The notes under the pieces: model-generated
Told to the model about the DNA's origin: nothing
Database searches by the model: none
What the model saw: only the letters and a program-made list of their open reading frames with translations
Part shown: positions 53,775 through 59,376 of the stretch, one piece after another
Layout: the number at the start of each line of letters is the position of its first letter
Position numbering within the stretch: position 1 is the first letter of the stretch
Assembly: GCA_964609455.1 (NCBI GenBank)
Contig: CAZSRD010000002.1
Coordinates: forward strand, 13,402 to 72,777
DNA: 59,376 nucleotides
Origin: an uncultured Methanosarcinales archaeon
GTDB taxonomy: Archaea > Nanobdellota > Nanobdellia > Woesearchaeales > JACPBV01
Direction: 5' to 3'
Made by a program: the position numbers and the translations under genes

Positions 53775-53850
53775 AGAAAAGCTTCGCTTTTCTTGTGCAC
53801 AAAAGATGCTTTGCATTTTTCAGTGTCCCAAAAATTGCAAAGCAATTTTT
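53775..53850. repeat. Three short hairpins in the 128-bp uL14/uL24 spacer inside the ribosomal operon
   Basis: agaaaagc-ttc-gcttttct (53775-53793, 8 bp). aaaa(g)atgc-ttt-gcatttt (53801-53820, 8 bp with a 1-nt bulge). aaaaattgc-aaa-gcaattttt (53830-53850, 9 bp). Confidence 0.8.
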
Positions 53851-53869
53851 AAGGGCATCTTAACTCACA

Positions 53870-54271
53870 TTATACTACAATTTTAGCTGCTTTCGCAACA
53901 CCAGGCCACCTGCTAGTGGCTTCTTTAGCAATTGGCCCTTTGAAAATAGTCCCTTTTGGATTTCCTTTTTCATCTTTTAATACAACAGCAGCATTATCTT
54001 CAAATTTAATTCTCATTCCATCTGGCCTTCTATATTCTCTTTTCTGCCTTACAATGACAGCATGCATTGTCTGTTTTCTCATATCAGGCCTTCCTCTAAC
54101 AACAGAACACCATATCAAATCTCCGACACCTGCAGCTTGCAATCTTCCCTTAACAGTCTTATTTCTATAAACGCTAATTATCTTGATAACTTTAGCTCCG
54201 GAATTATCACAAGTTTCAACTCTTGAACCTACATTCAAGGCCCTGGTTACATTAGCTTTTACTGCTTGCAT
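53870..54271 (-). CDS. rpl14: Ribosomal protein uL14
   Basis: VGSRVETCDNSGAKVIKII...GDLIWCSVV...AAVVLKDEKGNPKGTIFKGPIAKE. Confidence 0.93.
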   Translation of the reverse strand: MQAVKANVTRALNVGSRVETCDNSGAKVIKIISVYRNKTVKGRLQAAGVGDLIWCSVVRGRPDMRKQTMHAVIVRQKREYRRPDGMRIKFEDNAAVVLKDEKGNPKGTIFKGPIAKEATSRWPGVAKAAKIVV

Positions 54272-54689
54272 CTTGCTCCTCCGTTGCTTCTTCTTTCTCT
54301 TTCTTTCTCTTTTTACCTTCTTCTAATGCTTCCATTCTTTCCTGGAAACCTTTCTCTTTTCCTAAATTTTCGATAATAACAAAATTCTTTGTCTTGCTCA
54401 ATGGCCTGCACTCAGATATTTTAACAATATCCCCATCTTTTGCGCTGATGCACTCAGGATTGTGAGCTTTGATTCTGGTTCTTCTTTTTTCATATCTTTC
54501 ATATTTTGGTAAGAAATGCTGTCTTTTGAACTCTACTGTAACTGTTTTTTGCATTTTTGTAGATATAATCGTTCCAGTAAAAATCTTACCCCTGCATTTC
54601 AATCTACCATGAAAAGGACATTTTTCATCATTACATTTTTTATTGGGCAATTCTACTTTCATGCCTATATTCTTACTATCTTTTTTCAT
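54252..54689 (-). CDS. rps17: Ribosomal protein uS17 with Lys/Glu-rich tail
   Basis: CNDEKCPFHGRLKCRGKIFTGTIISTKMQKTVTVE...GDIVKISECRPLSKTK; tail EEGKKRKKEKEEATEEQ. Confidence 0.92.
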   Translation of the reverse strand: MKKDSKNIGMKVELPNKKCNDEKCPFHGRLKCRGKIFTGTIISTKMQKTVTVEFKRQHFLPKYERYEKRRTRIKAHNPECISAKDGDIVKISECRPLSKTKNFVIIENLGKEKGFQERMEALEEGKKRKKEKEEATEEQDASSKS

Positions 54690-54698
54690 TTTTTTCTC

Positions 54699-55007
54699 CT
54701 ATCTTACTTCGATTGTCTCTGTTGCGAAACCAGCTTCAATCAGCATATCCTTAACCTTCTGTTTGTGGTCTCCCTGTAATTCAATCCTTCCCTTCTTCGC
54801 CGTTCCACCACAAGCAAATTTACTTTTTAGTTTCTTAGCCAAATCTTTCAGGTTGATCTCTTTTTGATCAATGCCTTCAACAACAGTGCTCAACTTGTTG
54901 AACCTCTTGTTCACCAGCCTCACTATTATTTTTTGGCTCTCTTTTGCTATTGTTTCGCAAACACATAGTTCTTTAGGTAAACCACACCGTGTGCATATTT
55001 CACTCAT
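54699..55007 (-). CDS. sui1: Translation initiation factor aSUI1 (eIF1 homolog)
   Basis: [14 protein letters not shown]...[19 protein letters not shown]...[26 protein letters not shown]. Confidence 0.9.
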   Translation of the reverse strand: MSEICTRCGLPKELCVCETIAKESQKIIVRLVNKRFNKLSTVVEGIDQKEINLKDLAKKLKSKFACGGTAKKGRIELQGDHKQKVKDMLIEAGFATETIEVR

Positions 55008-55261
55008 GTTTTTTTATTTTCCTCCATTGGTTTCTTTTTGATCGAAGATTCATCAGATTTGGGCATCTCCGATTTCAAATTTTCATTCATGATCGTTAAT
55101 ATCTTGGCAATATTCTTTTTTACCTGCTTAACATGGCCTGGGCTTTTAGGGATTGTGCCTGTTGAAATCTGAGCATTAAATTTAATTAATTCCTTCCTAA
55201 GCTCTTCCAACTTAGATTTTAGGTCTTCTTTATTCATCAACCTTATTTCCTTTGCTTTCAT
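55004..55261 (-). CDS. rpl29: Ribosomal protein uL29
   Basis: [29 protein letters not shown]. Confidence 0.9.
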   Translation of the reverse strand: MKAKEIRLMNKEDLKSKLEELRKELIKFNAQISTGTIPKSPGHVKQVKKNIAKILTIMNENLKSEMPKSDESSIKKKPMEENKKT

Positions 55262-55994
55262 TCTTCTCCTTTACCTCCTTATTCTTCTTTTTCCTCTTCT
55301 TTGAAGGAGGTTTATCCTTAACATCTTCTTTTTTTTCCACATCAGCATCTTCTTTTTTTACATCTGGACCAGGAATCTCTTCAACAATTTCTTTTTTCTC
55401 TTTCAAAATTTCAACATTATCAGGTAACTTGATATCTGGAGGCATTATGGATACCTTAATACCAACAATTCCGGATTTTAACTGGGCAACAACATATGCT
55501 CTGTCTACCCCCTCAATCGAAATATCACCGCATTTTCTTAGATACCCCGAGAAAAATCTCCAGGATTTTGCTCTGGAGCTTGGTATTTTCCCGCTTATTA
55601 TTATTTCAATGCCTAAGGCTCCGCTGCTCATCACTTCCATCATTGTTTTATGCCCAACACCCTTAAAATTTCTGCTTCCAAATCTTTCTAAAAAACTGGC
55701 TATCTTTTCAGCCATTATAGTAGCATTAATCCCAATCTTTTCTACCTCAGAAATTTCTATCTGTGGGTTCTCCAGTTGGAATTCCCTTTTCAAATCTTTT
55801 GTCAATTGCTTAATATTTTGTCCTTTTCTCCCAACCACTAAGCCCGGTCTTGAAGTAAAAACAATTATCTTTTCTCCCAATGGTGTTTTCTGAACCTTTA
55901 TGTGGCTTAAACCAACATTCCTTAAACTGCCCCTGACATATTTCTGAATCTGGAATTCCTTCATTTTTTCACTAACAAATTTTCTTTCTATCAT
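55230..55994 (-). CDS. rps3: Ribosomal protein uS3 with Lys/Glu/Asp-rich tail
   Basis: KH domain IIVFTSRPGLVVGRKGQNIKQLT; C-terminal domain; tail KKEDADVEKKEDVKDKPPSKKRKKKNKE. Confidence 0.92.
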   Translation of the reverse strand: MIERKFVSEKMKEFQIQKYVRGSLRNVGLSHIKVQKTPLGEKIIVFTSRPGLVVGRKGQNIKQLTKDLKREFQLENPQIEISEVEKIGINATIMAEKIASFLERFGSRNFKGVGHKTMMEVMSSGALGIEIIISGKIPSSRAKSWRFFSGYLRKCGDISIEGVDRAYVVAQLKSGIVGIKVSIMPPDIKLPDNVEILKEKKEIVEEIPGPDVKKEDADVEKKEDVKDKPPSKKRKKKNKEVKEKNESKGNKVDE

Positions 55995-56500
55995 TTTTTC
56001 ACTTCTTTCGCCCCTTTCTTAACAGGAACTTTCTTCTCTTTTATCTCTTTATTTTTATCTTCATGTTTTTTCTCTTCAACAATTATCTCAACATTTGTTC
56101 TCTTTGCTTTTCTCCTTCTTTGTCTGCCATAACGCCATGGCCTGCTTGATGAATTAGCGCATATATGTATAATCTTCAAATCTGATGTATTAAGGCCCTT
56201 GGACTGCGCATTTGCTTCCACAGAGTCTAATAATGCAATAATCTCTTTAGATGCATTCTTAGGATACCTTCCTGGGCCAATCTTTCTTTTATGGCTGAGG
56301 TCCTTTTTGAATATCTTGAAAGGAACAGCTTTTTTTCTCTCGATAACATCATTTAATATCTCTTTAGCTTTATTGGTGGTTTTATTTCTAACAAAATTAC
56401 ATATCTCAACACTAAACTTCATTGAAATAGGCAGGGATCTTCCAACTACCCTGGCCATATTCTCCTTATCATAATTTTTAGTTGCATATCTGTAGTTCAT
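55991..56500 (-). CDS. rpl22: Ribosomal protein uL22
   Basis: ARVVGRSLPISMKFSVEICNFVRNK...GRYPKNASKEI...LKIIHICAN. Confidence 0.92.
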   Translation of the reverse strand: MNYRYATKNYDKENMARVVGRSLPISMKFSVEICNFVRNKTTNKAKEILNDVIERKKAVPFKIFKKDLSHKRKIGPGRYPKNASKEIIALLDSVEANAQSKGLNTSDLKIIHICANSSSRPWRYGRQRRRKAKRTNVEIIVEEKKHEDKNKEIKEKKVPVKKGAKEVKK

Positions 56501-56501
56501 T

Positions 56502-56885
56502 TTATTTCACTGATAAGGCTGAAGAGCTCTTCGTAGCGCCAATTCCTGGAGCAGAGTGCTCTACCTTTTTCCTTGTCATTACAAACTCTCCCAAAAAGTG
56601 GCCTATCATCTCATCTTGTATAATTACCGGAACAAATTCTTTTCCATTATGGATCCTTATTGTTGTATTAACCATCTCTGGCAAAACAACCATATCCTTG
56701 CAATGTGTTTCAATATTCTTTTTACCTGCCCTAATGCGCTTTAACAATTTTTTTTGTTGGTCTGTAAACCCTCTTTTTAAGCTTCTTCTTTGCCTTGCTG
56801 GCAGCATAACCATAATATCATTTAAACTCATATTCTTCAATTCTTCCAATGACTTCCCCATAAAAACAAATTCTTTCTTTGCCAT
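56502..56885 (-). CDS. rps19: Ribosomal protein uS19
   Basis: [10 protein letters not shown]...[30 protein letters not shown]. Confidence 0.93.
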   Translation of the reverse strand: MAKKEFVFMGKSLEELKNMSLNDIMVMLPARQRRSLKRGFTDQQKKLLKRIRAGKKNIETHCKDMVVLPEMVNTTIRIHNGKEFVPVIIQDEMIGHFLGEFVMTRKKVEHSAPGIGATKSSSALSVK

Positions 56886-56886
56886 C

Positions 56887-57603
56887 TTATTTCCCCTTCT
56901 TCCTTCCAGTTCTTCTAGCTGCTATCTTGCCTACCTTTGCTCCAGGAGGAGCGTCTCTTGAAACAGTAGATGCATTTCCTTTAGAATGCGTACTTGACCC
57001 CCCAAATGGGTGTGATACAGCGTTCATTGCAAGGCCGGATGATCTTGGCCAAAATCTATTCCTGGATTTCATAGCATAATACTTAAAGCCCGCTTTCAAA
57101 AAAGGCTTTTCAGTTCTTCCAGAGCCGGCTATCACTCCAACAGTAGCCCTGCATCCTTCATTAAATTCCTTTTCCTTTTTTGATGGTAATAATAAAATAA
57201 CTTTATTTTTCATTTTCCCAATAATTTTTGCAAATGTTCCCCCCGATCTGCAAAATTTTCCGCCATCACCAGGATTGCCTTCCACATTATAAATTGCAGT
57301 TCCTTCTGGAATATCTTTTAAAACTAAAACATTCCCCGGAGCAATTCTTTTTTCACCATTATTAACAGTATCCCCCACCCTTATGCCCTCTGGGGCCTGC
57401 AATAAAACATCTTCACCATTATCATATTTAACTGCCATCAATGGAGCGCTATGGCCCGGACAATGTATCAAATCTAATACTTTCCCGCTCAAAACCTGAT
57501 TGCCATAATTGCCATAAGTAGCTTTTCCTTTGTATCTAAAACTAGGTGCCCTATATGTTGGTGAGCCCTTTCCACGTTTTTGTTGAATTAAATTTTTTCC
57601 CAT
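56887..57603 (-). CDS. rpl2: Ribosomal protein uL2
   Basis: [20 protein letters not shown]...[21 protein letters not shown]...[11 protein letters not shown]. Confidence 0.94.
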   Translation of the reverse strand: MGKNLIQQKRGKGSPTYRAPSFRYKGKATYGNYGNQVLSGKVLDLIHCPGHSAPLMAVKYDNGEDVLLQAPEGIRVGDTVNNGEKRIAPGNVLVLKDIPEGTAIYNVEGNPGDGGKFCRSGGTFAKIIGKMKNKVILLLPSKKEKEFNEGCRATVGVIAGSGRTEKPFLKAGFKYYAMKSRNRFWPRSSGLAMNAVSHPFGGSSTHSKGNASTVSRDAPPGAKVGKIAARRTGRKKGK

Positions 57604-57612
57604 TTTTACACC

Positions 57613-57882
57613 TTACATCAAACCTAACTGGGTAGCAATGTCAATAGCCTGGGTCTCAGCTGAAAACTTTACATACGCCCTCTTCTTACCATCATGGCCA
57701 ACTAGAGTATTAACCTTGTCCACCTTGGCTTTAAACATTTTTTCTATTGCTTCCTTAATGTCTTTACTAGTTGCTTTTCTATCTACAATAAAAAGCAGTT
57801 TATTCTCACTTTCCATCAATCTTATTGTCTTTTCAGTTGACAATGGATTTTTGATTACTTTGTATATGTCCATTTTACTCAA
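57613..57882 (-). CDS. rpl23: Ribosomal protein uL23
   Basis: [41 protein letters not shown]. Confidence 0.92.
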   Translation of the reverse strand: MSKMDIYKVIKNPLSTEKTIRLMESENKLLFIVDRKATSKDIKEAIEKMFKAKVDKVNTLVGHDGKKRAYVKFSAETQAIDIATQLGLM

Positions 57883-58690
57883 ATAACTTCTCCTTCCCTA
57901 ACAATTCAATAGCCCCTTTGCTCCACAAAGTTAATCTTCCGGGAACAGCTCCAGGAGCCAATAAGTCAGTATTAATATTCTTGACATCACAAACTTCAAC
58001 ACCTGTGATATTAGCAGCAGACTTAATTAATTTGCAATCTTTTGAAACAACAATCAAAACTCCTTTCTTTGTTTTATATCTGCTAACCCTGGACTTACCA
58101 GCTCTGATTTTTCTTTCATGGGTTCTTTCAATTTCATTCTTTAGCCCAAGTTTGCCTAAAATATCCTTAACATTTTTAGTTTTATCCAAATTCTCAATAG
58201 ATTGGTCAACTATAAAAGGGTAATTATCTGAAACCTTATGCCCCCTTTTTTTAACCAAATCCGTATTTATAGTTGCAGCAATAGCAGACCTTATTGCCAT
58301 CAATCTCTCTTTTCTGTTTATTTTCTGCCAAAATATCTTATCAGATTTTGGTGGGTGTGCTCTTCTTCCGCCAACAGTACCAGGAACAATCGCTCCTGCC
58401 CAGTTCATTCTTGTACCCCTTCTTGAAAATATCTTTCTAGGCACTCTTGAAATCCCAAGACCATAACACCCCCTATAGTTGTGCCTTCTTTTAGATATCC
58501 TTCCAGAAGCCCTCTTGCCTGCTTCAGGAAAAGCGCCATACGGTTGCCTTTTATGAGACATAATCGCTAACACAGCTCTTTTAATAAGATCTACTCTTAA
58601 TTCTTCTTCAAACTGCTTTGGTAATTTTATTTTGCCCTTCTCCTTATTCTCTAAATCCAAAATTTTTAATTCAACCATTTTATTGTACAA
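57875..58690 (-). CDS. rpl4: Ribosomal protein uL4
   Basis: [23 protein letters not shown]...GISRVPR...GGRRAHPPK. Confidence 0.92.
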   Translation of the reverse strand: MYNKMVELKILDLENKEKGKIKLPKQFEEELRVDLIKRAVLAIMSHKRQPYGAFPEAGKRASGRISKRRHNYRGCYGLGISRVPRKIFSRRGTRMNWAGAIVPGTVGGRRAHPPKSDKIFWQKINRKERLMAIRSAIAATINTDLVKKRGHKVSDNYPFIVDQSIENLDKTKNVKDILGKLGLKNEIERTHERKIRAGKSRVSRYKTKKGVLIVVSKDCKLIKSAANITGVEVCDVKNINTDLLAPGAVPGRLTLWSKGAIELLGKEKLFE

Positions 58691-59376
58691 TTTGTTTTAT
58701 TGCTGGAGCCTCCTTAGTCACTTTTTTACTGGGCCTGATAGCAAAATTTAGTCTTATCAGTCTTTTTCTTGGTCCAGCTACCGAACCTTTAACAATGATA
58801 TAATTATTCTTAATTAATCCGTACTTTATGAACCCCCCTTTTGGGTTAATCTCCTCTGTATTTTCTCCTATCTTCAAAAGCAATTTATTAAAATCCAATC
58901 TTTGGAAATAGCCCATCTGGCCTGCGTGAGGCACTTTCCACATTATATTCATCTGCCCGCACCAGGGACCTAATGAACCAGGATTCCTTCTGCCTTTTTC
59001 TGATTTATGGCCTTTCAAGCCAATACCAAATCTTTTAACGGGCCCCTGCAATCCTTTTCCTTTTGTAATTGCATGAACATCAAGTTGATTGCCTGCTTTA
59101 AAAATATCGCCAACCTTAATCTCCTTCCCCAAAACACCATTAGCATAATTTAATTTTTCTTCTTTTTTTCCGCCTATTGCCATTTCAAACAATTCTGGTT
59201 TCTTTTTTCCAATACTTGTAAGCTTTGGTTGAGTATATATTACCAACATCACATCATCAAAATCCTTAATGTCCTCCACCTTCTTTTTTTTATTCTTTGG
59301 AAGTGTTATCTTTCTTTCTAATTCCTTATCAAGATTTTCAGCAAGAACATCACCAACAACTTTCATACCATAAACG
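58680..59376 (-). CDS. rpl3: Ribosomal protein uL3, N-terminus beyond the window edge
   Basis: HAITKGKGLQGPVKRFG..LKGHKSEKGRRNPGSLGPW...VAGPRKRLIRL. The reading frame remains open to 59376. Confidence 0.9.
   Translation of the reverse strand, partial: VYGMKVVGDVLAENLDKELERKITLPKNKKKKVEDIKDFDDVMLVIYTQPKLTSIGKKKPELFEMAIGGKKEEKLNYANGVLGKEIKVGDIFKAGNQLDVHAITKGKGLQGPVKRFGIGLKGHKSEKGRRNPGSLGPWCGQMNIMWKVPHAGQMGYFQRLDFNKLLLKIGENTEEINPKGGFIKYGLIKNNYIIVKGSVAGPRKRLIRLNFAIRPSKKVTKEAPAIKQIVQ

Overview
AT-rich archaeal chromosome segment. It has an archaeal-type ribosomal protein super-operon, PAN, Hjc, FEN1, RFC, EndA, the AroA'/AroB' shikimate entry and aSUI1. Compact gene packing and the apparently patchy metabolism suggest a DPANN-like or similarly reduced archaeon (inference only). 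I call about 70 CDS. All calls come from reading the translations and DNA by eye; no searches were run.

Layout:
- 1-940: truncated surface protein.
- 1007-2560: Geobacter-type citramalate synthase.
- 2.8-8.6 kb: nucleic-acid processing genes (TrmB, Hjc, RNase Z, EndA, FEN1, Trm5).
- 9.2-15.7 kb: proteolysis island (PAN, two M29-like peptidases, M24, M16).
- 15.8-21.9 kb: lipoprotein, free-standing LAGLIDADG endonuclease, TyrRS, stand-alone Cas4-like nuclease, RFC small subunit.
- 21.9-28.7 kb: five-gene cluster encoding only envelope proteins.
- 28.9-33.6 kb: Pelota, isochorismatase-like hydrolase, ACS, second TrmB paralog.
- 33.8-44.2 kb: ten-gene aro-tyrA-pheA-pheST operon.
- 44.3 kb: minimal Pol X.
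- 44.8-59.4 kb: L14e to L3 ribosomal/SecY cluster.

No rRNA, tRNA, CRISPR array or transposase was recognised.

Most interesting:
1. The 21882-28709 cluster. Three lipobox lipoproteins, an 821-aa polytopic membrane protein and a TM-anchored beta-rich protein. Four of the five share one Cys-containing ectodomain. It is a candidate undescribed cell-surface system.
2. Two short ORFs placed at leaderless distance from BRE/TATA elements. One ends in FFYFYFW upstream of the aromatic amino-acid/PheRS operon. The other contains IIII upstream of citramalate synthase. They look like leader-peptide control elements, which are not established in archaea.
3. A 166-aa palm+thumb-only Pol X.
4. A recurring family of short perfect A/T-armed hairpins in intergenic spacers, including inside the ribosomal operon.

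First genes of transcription units sit about 27-34 nt downstream of TATA boxes (leaderless geometry). Operon-internal genes carry GGTGA/GGAGG Shine-Dalgarno motifs.

The supplied ORF track uses GTG/TTG starts, so several N-termini were trimmed to the ATG preceded by such signals.
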